Notes under the pieces: generated by a model
What the model saw: only the letters and a program-made list of their open reading frames with translations
Database searches by the model: none
Told to the model about the DNA's origin: nothing
Origin: Candidatus Eiseniibacteriota bacterium
GTDB taxonomy: Bacteria; Eisenbacteria; RBG-16-71-46
Assembly (NCBI GenBank): GCA_041483195.1
Contig: JBGPFC010000020.1
Location: 1 to 64,000 of the forward strand
Direction: 5' to 3'
Length of the DNA stretch: 64,000 nucleotides
Program-made: the position numbers and the translations under genes
Shown: positions 18,299 to 31,944 of the stretch, in pieces
How positions within the stretch are numbered: the stretch's first letter is position 1
Layout of the letters: the number at the start of each line of letters is the position of its first letter

Positions 18299-19630
18299 AT
18301 GCTTTCACGCCGAGAGTTCCTGGCCGCCGGTCTCACGACCGCGGCCACCGCCCTGGCGCCCGGGGCCCTTCGCGCCGCGATCGAGAAACATTCGTCGCCG
18401 CTGCCCGGGCTCTCCACCTGGTCCAGCGTCCGCGAGCAGTTCTCGCTCGCGCCCGGGCAGCTTCACTTCGCGAGCTTCTACCTGGCGTCCCACCCGAAGC
18501 CGGTCCGCGACGCGATCGATGCGTTTCGCCGCACCCTCGACGCTGAGCCGTTTCTGGTCGTCGATCACAGGATGTTCACGGACTCGCCGGACAACGTGCA
18601 GATGCTGATCCGGAACGACATCTCGGGATACCTCGGGGCACGGCCCGACGAGATCGCGCTCACGGCCAACACCACCACCGGGCTCGCGATGGTGTATGCC
18701 GGGCTCCCGCTGCGGGCGGGCGACGAGATCCTCACCACCACGCACGATCACTACTCGCATCACGAGGCGATCCGCTTCGCGGCCGCGAAGGCGGGGGTGA
18801 GCATGCGCAAGGTGCCGCTCTACGATCGGGCGTCGCATGTGACCACGGCCGAGGCCGCGGAGAAGCTGGCCGCCGCGATCCGGCCCAACACGCGGGCGGT
18901 CGGCGTCACCTGGGTGCATTCCAGCACCGGCGTGCGCCTGCCGATTCGCGCGCTCGCCGACGTGGTCCGCGACGCGAACCGGGGGCGCGACGAGCATGAC
19001 CAGGCGCTGCTGGTGGTGGACGGCGTCCACGGCCTGGGCGCCGTCGACGAATCGGTCTCGGCGCTGGGCTGCGATTTCTTCGCGGCGGGAACGCACAAGT
19101 GGATGTTCGCGCCGCGTGGCACCGGGATATTGTGGGGCCGTGCCGACCGCTGGCCGCGGCTGCGGCCGACGATCCCCACCTTCGCGAGCCTCGACGCTTT
19201 CAACGCGTGGATGCGCGAGGACACCGCGCCGCGGCCGACCACGGCGTTCGACATGAGCCCGGGCGGCTTCCACGCGTTCGAGCACCAGTGGGCGATGACC
19301 GCTGCGTTCGCGTTTCACGAGCGGATCGGCCGCGCACGGGTCGCGCGGCGAATTCGCGATCTGAACGATCGCTGCAAGGCGGGCCTCGCCGCGATGCGAC
19401 GCGTCACGCTCCACACGCCGCGCGACCCCGAGCTCTCGGCGGGGCTCGTCGCGTTCGAGGTGGACGGCGTGTCCCCCGAGGACGTCGTCAAGCGGTTGCT
19501 CGCGCGGCGCATCGTCGCGAGCACCAGCCCCTATCGCGTCACCTACGCGCGACTCGCCCCGAGCCTGGTCAACGATCCGGCGGAGGTCGACCGGGCGCTC
19601 GAGGCGGTGCGGGCGATCGCGGGGGGATGA
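18299..19630 (+). CDS. Tat-exported class V PLP-dependent enzyme (PvdN / isopenicillin N epimerase-like)
   Basis: MLSRREFL twin-arginine signal; NTTTG, HDHYS, WVHSSTG, DGVHG, GTHKW (PLP lysine). Confidence 0.85.
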   Translation: MLSRREFLAAGLTTAATALAPGALRAAIEKHSSPLPGLSTWSSVREQFSLAPGQLHFASFYLASHPKPVRDAIDAFRRTLDAEPFLVVDHRMFTDSPDNVQMLIRNDISGYLGARPDEIALTANTTTGLAMVYAGLPLRAGDEILTTTHDHYSHHEAIRFAAAKAGVSMRKVPLYDRASHVTTAEAAEKLAAAIRPNTRAVGVTWVHSSTGVRLPIRALADVVRDANRGRDEHDQALLVVDGVHGLGAVDESVSALGCDFFAAGTHKWMFAPRGTGILWGRADRWPRLRPTIPTFASLDAFNAWMREDTAPRPTTAFDMSPGGFHAFEHQWAMTAAFAFHERIGRARVARRIRDLNDRCKAGLAAMRRVTLHTPRDPELSAGLVAFEVDGVSPEDVVKRLLARRIVASTSPYRVTYARLAPSLVNDPAEVDRALEAVRAIAGG

Positions 19631-19802
19631 GCGCGACTCGGACGGCGCTCGGCGACCGGATCGGCGCGCTCGCGCGACAACCGGCAGGCCGTGGTTTACG
19701 CTCGCGGCGTCCTGGTGCGGGCGCCGGACGACGCCAACGGGCGGAATCTCGAAGACCCGATCAAACGGTGGAGCGCTCCGGCGAAACCATGGGGAGGAAC
19801 GC

Positions 19803-20009
19803 GTGGACCTGCAGAATTATCTGATCTCGATCCTGATCTCGCTCGCCGTCGGCCTCGTGGGTTTCGTCATCGCCTACAAGATCTTCGACTGGCTCACGCC
19901 CGGCGTGCACTTCGCGGATCAGCTCAAGGCCGACAACCGCGCGGTGGGGATCTTCCTCGCGGGGCTCTTCATCGGGCTCGGCATCCTGCTGGGGAGCGCG
20001 GTCAAGTGA
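19803..20009 (+). CDS. DUF350-like small membrane protein
   Basis: GGGGAGG + GTG; two TM helices with FDWLTPG...DNRAVG pattern. Confidence 0.75.
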   Translation: MDLQNYLISILISLAVGLVGFVIAYKIFDWLTPGVHFADQLKADNRAVGIFLAGLFIGLGILLGSAVK

Positions 20010-20569
20010 TGCCGCGACCCCGCGCGCCTCGGGCGACGGCTCGATCGCGGGCGATGGCGCCCGCGCGCGCGATCGCTCTCGCGCTGGCGCTCGCGGCGGC
20101 CGTCGTCCCGACCCCCGCGTTCGCGAAGGTGCCGCCCGCCGCGGGAGCGCCGGCGCCGGATTCCTCGGCGGGCGTCTCCGCCGCGGCCGAGGCCGCCGTA
20201 CGTGCCGCCATCGAGAGCCACCTCAGCCGCCCCTACGTCTGGGGCGCGTGCGGGCTCAAGAGCTTCGACTGCTCCGGCTTCGTATGGCGGGTGATGACCG
20301 AGAACGGCCTCTTCATCAAGCGCACCACGGCCCGGAAATTCTACATGTGCCTGCCGAAGGTGGCCGATGGCGACCGATGGAACTTCGGCAACGTGGTCTT
20401 CTTCAGCGATCTCAAGCACTGCGGCATCGTGGAGAGTCGGGAGACCTTCTACCACGCGGCCGTGACCATGGGCACGCATCGGTCCCAATTCGATCCACTG
20501 TGGCGGCACAAGATCTCCGGCGTGCGCGCCATGCCGCGGATCGAGCCGCCCGCCGTGGCCGGGGAGTAA
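20009..20569 (+). CDS. NlpC/P60 family cell-wall peptidase, exported
   Basis: PYVWG, FDCSGFV (Cys), HCGI (His), FYHA; signal peptide; ATG overlaps the upstream TGA. Confidence 0.85.
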   Translation: MPRPRAPRATARSRAMAPARAIALALALAAAVVPTPAFAKVPPAAGAPAPDSSAGVSAAAEAAVRAAIESHLSRPYVWGACGLKSFDCSGFVWRVMTENGLFIKRTTARKFYMCLPKVADGDRWNFGNVVFFSDLKHCGIVESRETFYHAAVTMGTHRSQFDPLWRHKISGVRAMPRIEPPAVAGE

Positions 20570-20581
20570 GAACCCGGCCCG

Positions 20582-22356
20582 CTACTTCGCCGCCTGCGCC
20601 TTCGCGATGTAGGCGTCGATGCGCCGCTCCAGCACCGGCAGGGTCACGCCCCCGTTCTCGAGCACGGCGTCGTGGAAGGCGCGAATGTCGAAGCGCTCGC
20701 CGAGCGCCGCTTCCGCGCGATGGCGCAGCTCGCGGATCTTCAACTCGCCGGTCTTGTACGCGAGCGCCTGTCCGGGCCACGCGATGTAGCGGTCGACCTC
20801 GGTGCCGATCTCGTGCGTCGAGAGCGCGGTGTTGGCTGAGAGATAGTCCACCGACCGTTGTCGCGTCCAGCCCATCGAGTGCATGCCGGTGTCGACGACC
20901 AGCCGGCAGGCGCGCCACATCTCGTACGTGAGCCGTCCGAAGCGCTCGTAGGGCGTGTGATAGATCCCCATCTCCTGCCCCAGCCATTCGGAGTAGAGGC
21001 CCCAGCCTTCGCCGAAGGCGTGCGGATAGAAGTTGAGCCGGAACCGCGGCACGTCCGTCATCTCGCGGGCGAGCGCGCCTTGCAGGTGATGGCCCGGCAC
21101 CGCCTCGTGGAGCGTGAGCGAGGGCAGCGCGTAGAGCGGCCGCGTGTTCAGCGCGTAGATATTCACCCAATATTCGCCGGCGGCGCCCACCGGCCCCGGG
21201 TTGTACCGGCCGGCGGTGTAGTTGGGCGCGAGCTGGGCGGGCACCGCACGCACGCCGTACGGCGTGCGCGGCAGCCGCCCGAAGTACGCGGGCAGTCGCC
21301 CGTCGATCTCCTTGGCGATCCACGCCGCGTCGTGCAGCAATTCTTCCGGCGTCTGCGCATAGAACTGCGGGTCGGTGCGCAGGAAGGTCAGGAAATCCTG
21401 GAAGCTGCCCTTGAAGCCCACCTCCTCGACGATCGCTTCCATTTCCTTGCGGATGCGGGCCACTTCGTTCAGCCCGGTCTGGTGCACCCGCTCGGGCGTG
21501 GCCTCGGGCAGCGTCGTGAAGTAGCGCACCAGGTCGGCGTAGTAGGCCCGGCCGCCGGGCAGCGCCGAGGCCGCGATCGTGCGCCGCGCCCCGGGACGAT
21601 ATTCCTTCTCGAAGAAGCGCTGGAACGCGGCGTACGCTGGGATCACCGAGTCCTGGATGGCCGCGCGGCCGGCGGCCTCGAGCCGTCCGCGATCCGCCTG
21701 AGGCATCGTGACCGGAAACTTCGCGAACGGCTGGAACAGCGGACACTCGTCGGCGCGCACGTATTGTTCCCCGGCGACGATGCGGGAGACCCCCTCGAGG
21801 ATCTCGGCGGGCAGGGTGAAGCCCTCGCGCATGCCGAGGCGCATGTTCGCGATGTTCTCGCGGAAGTAGCGGGGAACGTCGTTCAGGCGCGCGATGTACT
21901 TCTCGTAGTCCGCAACGGCGCGGAGCGCGCCGCGCTCGTGGATGAACAGCACCTCGGTATGGAAGCCGCTGTCGCTGGTGAGCGGCGCCCGCCACTCCCG
22001 GTGCGCGCCGAGCGCGATGCGCTGCGACACCATGAAATCGAACAGCTCGGCGCTCACGGCCTCCTGCGGGGTCAGCGCGGAGCGATCGATCGCGTGCAGT
22101 CGCTGGAGAAAGACCCGGTCCGCCCCCAGCTGGCGAAGCTGGTCCGCCGGCGTGACCGAAGGCAGGCGGTCGTCGTAGTCATGCACGCCGTCCGCGGTCG
22201 CGGCCAGCGGATCCTCGCGCCAGACGAAGGCGCGCTCGTCGTCGAACAACCGGGCGAGCGCCGCGCTCGGAGTCGCGGCGGGTGCTTGAGCGAAGGCGGG
22301 CGCGGCTGCGAAGGCCATGACCAGAGCCAGGCTCGTCGTCCATGAATGTGCGAGCT

Positions 22357-22360
<4 letters not shown>
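20582..22360 (-). CDS. DUF885 family putative metallopeptidase, exported
   Basis: Signal peptide; [42 protein letters not shown]. Confidence 0.9.
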
Positions 22361-25623
<3,263 letters not shown>

Positions 25624-25669
25624 CAGTGCGCTCTCATGAATCGCGCGGGGGTGGCCGCCGGCCGCGCGC

Positions 25670-26830
25670 TCACCGGGCGTGCTCCGCAGCGTGATCGCGC
25701 ATCAGGTCGGCGAAGCGGTCGAACAGGTAGTGCGCGTCGTGCGGGCCCGGGGACGCCTCGGGGTGGTACTGGACGCTGAACGCCGGGGCGTTGCGCAGGC
25801 GCAGTCCCTCGAGCGTCTGGTCGTTCAGGTTGACGTGGGTGGCCTCGGCCACGCCCTTAGGGAGCGAATCGGGATCCACCGCGAAGCCGTGATTGTGCGC
25901 CGTGATCTCGACCCGCGAGGTCATGAGATCCATCACCGGATGGTTGCTGCCGCGGTGGCCGAACTTGAGCTTGAAGGTCTTCGCGCCGCACGCGAGCCCG
26001 AGCAGCTGGTGCCCGAGGCAGATGCCGAACACCGGCACCCGGCCGATCAGCGCGCGTACGTTGTCCACGGCGTAGGCGAGCGGCTCGGGGTCGCCCGGCC
26101 CGTTCGAGAGCACCACGCCGTGCGGACGGAGGCGCATCACGTCCTCGGCGCTGGTATTCGCGGGCACGGTGGTCACGCTGCACCCCACGTCCACCAGCCG
26201 CCGCAGGATGTTCCACTTCACCCCGTAGTCCATCACCACGACGCGGAACGGCTCGCTCGCGACCGGCTGCGCGCGCGGCGGCTCCTGCCCCGGCGAATCG
26301 CCAGGCAGCGCCCAGCTCCTGCGCACCCACCCGTGGGCCAACGCGTCGGACACGGTGCTCGCGAGATCGCAGCCCGCCATGGGTGGCACGCCGCGCGCGC
26401 GCGCCGCCAGCGCGTCCACGCCCTGCGCGGCGTCGGCGATCACACCGCGCCTCGCGCCGTGCGTGCGCAGGTGTCGCACCAGGGCGCGCGTGTCGAAGTC
26501 GCAGAACCCGGGGACACCGGATGCGACCAGGTATTCCTCGAGCGAGCGCTCGTGCCGCCAGTTGCTCGCGATGCGGCTCGGCTCCTTCACCACGAACCCT
26601 GAGAGGAATGCCTGGCGCGACTCGAAATCCTCGGGGGCGATGCCGTAGTTCCCGATCAGCGGGTAGGTCATCACCACGATCTGGCCGGCGTAGGAGGGGT
26701 CGCCGAGAATCTCCTGGTAGCCCGTCATGGACGTGTTGAACACCACCTCGCCGGCTGCATCGGACGGGGCGCCAAAACGTCGGCCGCGAAAGGCGCGGCC
26801 ATCTTCGAGGACCAGCAGGGCGGCTGTCAT
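25670..26830 (-). CDS. carA: Carbamoyl-phosphate synthase small subunit
   Basis: [40 protein letters not shown]. Confidence 0.97.
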   Translation of the reverse strand: MTAALLVLEDGRAFRGRRFGAPSDAAGEVVFNTSMTGYQEILGDPSYAGQIVVMTYPLIGNYGIAPEDFESRQAFLSGFVVKEPSRIASNWRHERSLEEYLVASGVPGFCDFDTRALVRHLRTHGARRGVIADAAQGVDALAARARGVPPMAGCDLASTVSDALAHGWVRRSWALPGDSPGQEPPRAQPVASEPFRVVVMDYGVKWNILRRLVDVGCSVTTVPANTSAEDVMRLRPHGVVLSNGPGDPEPLAYAVDNVRALIGRVPVFGICLGHQLLGLACGAKTFKLKFGHRGSNHPVMDLMTSRVEITAHNHGFAVDPDSLPKGVAEATHVNLNDQTLEGLRLRNAPAFSVQYHPEASPGPHDAHYLFDRFADLMRDHAAEHAR

Positions 26831-26848
26831 GGGGGGATCGAGCGCGGC

Positions 26849-26877
26849 AGTCTAGGGCCTGCGCCCCGTGACTTCAA
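26849..26877 (-). promoter_or_regulatory. Putative sigma70 promoter of carAB (TTGAAG-N17-TAGACT)
   Basis: Reverse complements of 26872-26877 (cttcaa) and 26849-26854 (agtcta), 17-bp spacer. Confidence 0.55.
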
Positions 26878-26881
26878 TAGG

Positions 26882-26911
26882 TTGACCCGATCGGGGCAGG
26901 AAATCTAGAAT
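26882..26911 (+). promoter_or_regulatory. Putative sigma70 promoter of the carbamoyltransferase operon (TTGACC-N18-TAGAAT)
   Basis: ttgacc 26882-26887 and tagaat 26906-26911. Confidence 0.6.
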
Positions 26912-26952
26912 CATTGCCCCGGACCGCCCGGGCCCTTCGTGGAGACCCGCCG

Positions 26953-27144
26953 ATGAAAGCCATCCGCCGCTTCTTTCGCAATCTGTTCGCCCGCCTCGGA
27001 ATCGCGGGCGGGCTGGTGTCGTACTTCTGGCGCCGGAAGATCTGGTGGATGGTCCCGCTGGTCGTGGTGCTCCTGATGCTCGGCGTGCTCGTCATCTTCG
27101 GCCAGTCGTCCGCCATCAGCGCCTTCATCTACACGCTCTTTTAG
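26953..27144 (+). CDS. DUF5989 / SxtK-like small membrane protein
   Basis: RKIWWMVP + TM helix + SAISAFIYTLF C-terminus; GGAG RBS. Confidence 0.8.
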   Translation: MKAIRRFFRNLFARLGIAGGLVSYFWRRKIWWMVPLVVVLLMLGVLVIFGQSSAISAFIYTLF

Positions 27145-27147
27145 CGC

Positions 27148-27441
27148 ATGGCCCGCCACTCGCCGGCCGTCCAGCTGGGCTCGACGCGCCGGATCGCAGA
27201 GCTTGCCCCCGATGCCCCGCTTTACAAGCGCCTGTGGCATGGCTGGCAGCGCATCGCGCGCGCGATCGGCAACCTGCTCTCGCGGATCGTGACGACCCTC
27301 GCCTACCTGGTGGTCCTTCCGCTGTTCGCGATCGGCCTGCGCCTGTTCGCCGACACGCTGCAGCTCCGGCCCGGCCCGGCGCGATGGACCCCGCTTCCGC
27401 CCCAGCCTTCGAACGTCGACGACGCGAGGAGCGGGTTCTAG
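27148..27441 (+). CDS. SxtJ-like membrane protein
   Basis: WQRIARAIG...RIVTTLAYLVVLPLF pattern; lies between the SxtK-like gene and the carbamoyltransferase. Confidence 0.7.
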   Translation: MARHSPAVQLGSTRRIAELAPDAPLYKRLWHGWQRIARAIGNLLSRIVTTLAYLVVLPLFAIGLRLFADTLQLRPGPARWTPLPPQPSNVDDARSGF

Positions 27442-27463
27442 ACCCGGCCGGACTCCTCCCCCC

Positions 27464-29254
27464 GTGAACATCCTCGGCATCTCCTGCTTCTACCACGACT
27501 CGGCCGCGGCCCTGGTGCGCGACGGCGTGCTGGCCGCCGCCGCCGAGGAGGAGCGCTTCTCGCGCATCAAGCACGACTTCGGCTACCCGGAGCAGGCGAT
27601 CGCGTTCTGCCTCGCCCAGGCCGGGCTCACGCCCCAGGATCTCGATTACGTCGTGTACTACGAGAAGCCGTTCCTCAAATTCGAGCGCATCGTCGCGTCC
27701 TGCCTCCAGACCTTCCCGCGCAGCTACGAGGTGTTCCGCGAGAGCATGGTCGCGTGGCTCTCGGACAAGCTCTGGGTCCAGAACCTGCTCACCGACAAGC
27801 TCGACATCCCGGCCAAGTGCGTGCTCGCGATCGACCATCACGCCTCGCACGCGGCGAGCGCGTTCTTTCCGTCGCCGTTCGACGAGGCCGCGATCCTCAC
27901 CGTGGACGGCGTGGGCGAGTGGACCACCGCCGCCACCGGCACCGGCCACGGCAACACGCTGAAGCTGAATCGCGAGATCCGCTTCCCGCACTCGCTCGGG
28001 CTGCTCTACAGCGCGTTCACCGCCTTCCTCGGCTTCGAGGTGAACGAGGGCGAGTACAAGGTCATGGGCATGGCGCCCTACGGAAAGCCGCGCTACGTGG
28101 ACGACGTGTGGAAGCTCATCACGCTCGGCGACGACGGATCGTTCCGGCTCAACATGGAGTACTTCAGCTTCCACCACTCGGCGCGCCACACCTACAACCG
28201 CAGGTTCGTCGAGCTGTTCGGACCGCCGCGCCCGCCGAGCATGCACTTCTTCACCGACTCGTCGGGATATCCGTCGTACTTCGGGCCGAAGCCTCCCGAC
28301 TACGACGAGGTCGCGCGCCGCAACCAGCACTACGCGGACGTCGCGGCCTCGATCCAGCGCGTCACCGAGGAAGTGCTGCTGCACATGGCGCGCGCGCTCC
28401 AGAAGGAGACTGGCCTCAAGAAGCTGTGCATGGCGGGCGGCGTGGCGCTCAACTCGGTCGCGAACAGCCGCATCCTGCGCGAGACCGGGTTCGATGAGCT
28501 CTACATCCAGCCGGCGGCCGGCGACGGCGGCGGCGCGGTGGGCGCCGCGTTCTACGCGTACCACCAGCTGCTGGGCCGGCCGCGCGGGTTCGTGATGGAC
28601 CACGGCTACTGGGGCAAGGCCTACACGCAGGGCGAGTCCACCGACTGGCTGCGCTCGCAAAACATCGCGCACGAGGTGGTGGACGGCGAGAGCGAGCTGC
28701 TCGATCGCGTCGTGGACTCCCTCACGAAGGGCGAAGTGGTCGGATGGCACCAGGGCCGCTTCGAGTGGGGCCCGCGCGCGCTCGGGAACCGCAGCATCCT
28801 CGCCGACCCGCGACGCGCCGACATGAAGGACATCGTCAACACCAAGATCAAGTTCCGCGAGCCCTACCGGCCGTTCGCGCCATCGGTGCTCGCCGATGCA
28901 GCCGAGCGCTACTTCGAGCTGCCGAACGCGTGCGGCCACTACCCCGCGCGCTTCATGCTGTACGTCGTGCCGGTGCGGCCCGAGCACCACGCCACGCTCC
29001 CCGCGATCACGCACGTGGACGGCACCGGGCGGCTGCAGACCGTCTTCAAGGACGCGAGCCCGCTCTACTACTCGCTCATCGAGCGCTTCGGACAGGCCAC
29101 CGGGGTGCCGGTGGTGCTCAACACGTCCTTCAACCTGAAGGGCGAGCCGATCGTGACCACGCCGGCGAACGCGCACAACACGTTCGTGAAATCCGACATG
29201 GACATGCTGGTGCTGGGCAACGTGATCGTGCGGAAGAATCAGCGCGGCGGCTGA
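27464..29254 (+). CDS. NodU/CmcH/SxtI-family O-carbamoyltransferase
   Basis: FYHDSAA, EEERFSRIKH, HHASHA, DGVGE, EYKVMG, AGGVALN, EWGPRALGNRS, KFREPYRPFAP, HVDGTGRLQT, LNTSFN. Confidence 0.95.
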   Translation: MNILGISCFYHDSAAALVRDGVLAAAAEEERFSRIKHDFGYPEQAIAFCLAQAGLTPQDLDYVVYYEKPFLKFERIVASCLQTFPRSYEVFRESMVAWLSDKLWVQNLLTDKLDIPAKCVLAIDHHASHAASAFFPSPFDEAAILTVDGVGEWTTAATGTGHGNTLKLNREIRFPHSLGLLYSAFTAFLGFEVNEGEYKVMGMAPYGKPRYVDDVWKLITLGDDGSFRLNMEYFSFHHSARHTYNRRFVELFGPPRPPSMHFFTDSSGYPSYFGPKPPDYDEVARRNQHYADVAASIQRVTEEVLLHMARALQKETGLKKLCMAGGVALNSVANSRILRETGFDELYIQPAAGDGGGAVGAAFYAYHQLLGRPRGFVMDHGYWGKAYTQGESTDWLRSQNIAHEVVDGESELLDRVVDSLTKGEVVGWHQGRFEWGPRALGNRSILADPRRADMKDIVNTKIKFREPYRPFAPSVLADAAERYFELPNACGHYPARFMLYVVPVRPEHHATLPAITHVDGTGRLQTVFKDASPLYYSLIERFGQATGVPVVLNTSFNLKGEPIVTTPANAHNTFVKSDMDMLVLGNVIVRKNQRGG

Positions 29255-29256
29255 TA

Positions 29257-29643
29257 TCAGACTGAGCCGTCGGCCGGATTCCCGCCGAGAACCTCTTCGA
29301 TGACCTTCAGCACCGCGGCCGCGTCCACCGGCTTCTCCATGAACGCCTGGGCGCCGGCGGCGAGCAGCTCATCGCGATCCGCGCCCGAGCCGGTGATGAC
29401 GATCACCGGCGTGGCCGCGGTGTGGAGCAGCTTCCGCAGTCGCTTGAGGACCATCATGCCCCCGCCTCCCGGCAGGCCCAGGTCGAGCAGGATGATGTCG
29501 GGCTTTTCGTGGTTGGCGACGGAGATCGCCGCCACCCCATCCGCGGCGCGGACGATGACATGCCCCGCTCGCTTCAGCTGAGTCGCGAGTGCCAGCCCCT
29601 GAACGGGGTCGTCCTCGATGATCAGGATTTTTCGCGATTCCAT
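29257..29643 (-). CDS. Single-domain response regulator (CheY-like)
   Basis: ILIIEDD, LLDLGLPG, VITG, EKP receiver motifs. Confidence 0.9.
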   Translation of the reverse strand: MESRKILIIEDDPVQGLALATQLKRAGHVIVRAADGVAAISVANHEKPDIILLDLGLPGGGGMMVLKRLRKLLHTAATPVIVITGSGADRDELLAAGAQAFMEKPVDAAAVLKVIEEVLGGNPADGSV

Positions 29644-29658
29644 AGCCAGACCTCCGAC

Positions 29659-30123
29659 TCACGACCCCGGCGGACGGCGATAGACCTCGGGATCCCAGCG
29701 TTCCATGTAGCGCTCGGCCGCCGCGACCGGAGTGTAACCGAACTGGCGATAGAGCCCGTGCCCGTCGCGCGTGAGCAGCACCCAGCGCCGGAAGCCCTGG
29801 AGGTCGGGGTGCGCGGTGAGGGTCTCCATCAGCCACCTCGCGAGCCCGCGGCCGCGGTGCGGCTCGAGCACGAACACGTCGCCGAGATAGTCGAACGTCG
29901 CGAAGTCGGTGATCACGCGCGCGAAGCCGGCCTGCGCCGCCGGCCCGGATCGGGGCTCGTGCCAGACGCTGAAGTTGAGCGAGTGCTCGATCGACCGCCG
30001 CACGACCTCGAGCGGAATGCCCTTCGCCCAGTAGCAGCTCGTGAGGAACCCGTGCACGACCGCGAGGTCCAAGCGCGCGGGATCGGTGGTGATGAGGTAG
30101 TCGTCGCGCCGCCACTCGGTCAC
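29659..30123 (-). CDS. GNAT family N-acetyltransferase
   Basis: YWAKG, GFARVITD, DVFVLEPHRGRGL, HGLYRQFG; GTG start after GGAG. Confidence 0.88.
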   Translation of the reverse strand: MTEWRRDDYLITTDPARLDLAVVHGFLTSCYWAKGIPLEVVRRSIEHSLNFSVWHEPRSGPAAQAGFARVITDFATFDYLGDVFVLEPHRGRGLARWLMETLTAHPDLQGFRRWVLLTRDGHGLYRQFGYTPVAAAERYMERWDPEVYRRPPGS

Positions 30124-30227
30124 GTTTCGATCTCCGATCGGCCGCGGAGCGCGAGGCGCCCGCAAACGCGAACGGGGCGTCGCATCGACGCCCCGTCCGT
30201 GACCATCACCCCCGCGCGACCCCGGCG

Positions 30228-31769
30228 TCAGTGCTTCGTCGTGTCCGGCGGGGCCACCTGCATCGTGCCCGGTGCCGCCGACTTCGTGGAGTCGGACGGG
30301 GCGGACGGCGTCATCGGCGGAGCCGTCGAGTCCTTGCGCAGGTAGTAGCGCCGCTCGCGCTCGATCTTGAGCGCCTCGGTGTTGAGCACCTTGAACTCGA
30401 CGCGCCGATTCTTCGAGCGCCCCAGATCCGTGGTGTTGGGCGCGATCGGCTTCGAGAATCCGTAGCCCTTCGCCGTGAACTGATCGGCCGGGAGCTGCGG
30501 GAACTTCGACTCGAGATAGCGCAGCACCGAGCCGGCGCGCGACTGCGAGAGCGTGTCGTTGAGCGCTGCGCTCCCGCGGTTGTCGGTGTGTCCGCCGATC
30601 TCGATCTTCAGCGTCGGATACTGCACCAGGATCATGCCGACCGTGTCGATCAGCGCGAACGACTCGGGCTTGAGGTTCGCCTTGCGCACCTCGAACTGGA
30701 TGTTCGAGAGCCGGATCGAGCCGGTGTCGAGCAGCTGGGTCTCCTTCTCGTTCACCTCGATCGGGCAGCCGGCATCGTCCACCCGCAGGCCGGCTGGCGT
30801 GTTCGGGCACTTGTCGAGCCCGTCGCACACGCCGTCGCCGTCGGCGTCGACGGGGCAGCCCTTCGGGTCCACCGTGCATCCCTTGGGCGTTGCAGCGCAG
30901 CTGTCGAGCCCGTCGTACACGCCGTCGCCGTCGGAGTCGAGCGCGCAGCCCTCGGCGTCCACGATCGCGCCCTTCGGCGTGCCGGGGCAGCGATCGAGCC
31001 CGTCGCATACGCCGTCGCCGTCGGTGTCGATCGGGCAGCCCTTCGCGTCCACCTTGCACCCGCGCGGCGTGCTCACGCACTGGTCGATCCCGTCGAACAC
31101 GCCGTCGCCGTCGGTATCGATCGGGCAGCCCTTCGCGTCCACCTTCGCGCCGATCGGGGTGTTCGGGCACTGGTCGAGCCAGTCGCGCACGTGATCGAGA
31201 TCCTGGTCCTTCTCCTTGCCGAGGAAGCTCCACTGGAGTCCCGCGGTCACCGCGACGTGATTGCTGAATCCCTGCTGGTCGCGGTCGCGGAACATGATGT
31301 CGCGCGCCTCGAATCGCAGGTAGGCGCGCTCGTTCAGCACGTTCTGGAGGAGGCCGACCCCGACCGTGGCCGCTCCGCGCTCAAGGACGTCGGGCCGATG
31401 GCCGCTGGTGTGGCTCTTCCCGTAGCCAGCTCCGAACAACAGGAATGGCACGGCGCGAGCGTCCGCGGGGCGCAGGCTCCAGCGCAGGTCGAGCCCGTAC
31501 ATGGTGAAGTTGTCCGGCTGACGGGGCAGGGAGTCGGCCTTGCTCGGGCCCCATGTGGCCTGGCCCTCGAGCGCGATTCCGGGGAGCAGGCGCCAGCCGA
31601 TCGCGGCGTCGTAGGCCGGGCCGAGCTTCACGCGCGCGCGCGCATCGGGGCTGAACACACCGGCGCCGCCCGACAACTCGATCGGGTGCCCGCCGATCTG
31701 TGCGGCCGATGGAGCGGCGAGCAGCACGACGACGGCGACCGACGCTAGCGCACCCCGAACCCACGACAT
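30228..31769 (-). CDS. OmpA family outer-membrane protein with thrombospondin type-3 repeats
   Basis: Signal peptide, beta-barrel region, DxDGDGVxDxxDxC repeats, C-terminal GHTD...NDTLSQSRA...NRRVEF; GGAGG RBS. Confidence 0.92.
   Translation of the reverse strand: MSWVRGALASVAVVVLLAAPSAAQIGGHPIELSGGAGVFSPDARARVKLGPAYDAAIGWRLLPGIALEGQATWGPSKADSLPRQPDNFTMYGLDLRWSLRPADARAVPFLLFGAGYGKSHTSGHRPDVLERGAATVGVGLLQNVLNERAYLRFEARDIMFRDRDQQGFSNHVAVTAGLQWSFLGKEKDQDLDHVRDWLDQCPNTPIGAKVDAKGCPIDTDGDGVFDGIDQCVSTPRGCKVDAKGCPIDTDGDGVCDGLDRCPGTPKGAIVDAEGCALDSDGDGVYDGLDSCAATPKGCTVDPKGCPVDADGDGVCDGLDKCPNTPAGLRVDDAGCPIEVNEKETQLLDTGSIRLSNIQFEVRKANLKPESFALIDTVGMILVQYPTLKIEIGGHTDNRGSAALNDTLSQSRAGSVLRYLESKFPQLPADQFTAKGYGFSKPIAPNTTDLGRSKNRRVEFKVLNTEALKIERERRYYLRKDSTAPPMTPSAPSDSTKSAAPGTMQVAPPDTTKH
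30760..31210 (-). repeat. About five TSP3-like Ca-binding coding repeats (~90 bp)
   Basis: Repeated GCPxDxDGDGVxDGxDxCxxTP units (cacgccgtcgccgtcgg on the + strand). Confidence 0.85.
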
Positions 31770-31944
31770 GCGGCGCAACCTCCTCCCGGACCCCTGCACA
31801 TTCGCGAACGAAAAGCGGAGCGATGCGGATCGCGCACGCGCCCCGCGCACGGGCAAAAAGACCGGTAAGTGCTACCATCCGTGTCCCGTCAGGTCAATGT
31901 CCCCGCGCGGCGGGGACGCGATTCCATCCAGAGGACTTCCCCCG

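Noticed and set aside
19631..19802. c-di-GMP-I-like riboswitch before the DUF350 gene
   Set aside because: Only loose resemblance; the GGCAAAC..GAAA..GACGCAAA core is not present.
26953..29254. Saxitoxin biosynthesis cluster
   Set aside because: Only the widespread sxtI/J/K-like triad is present; no sxtA, sxtG or other pathway genes.
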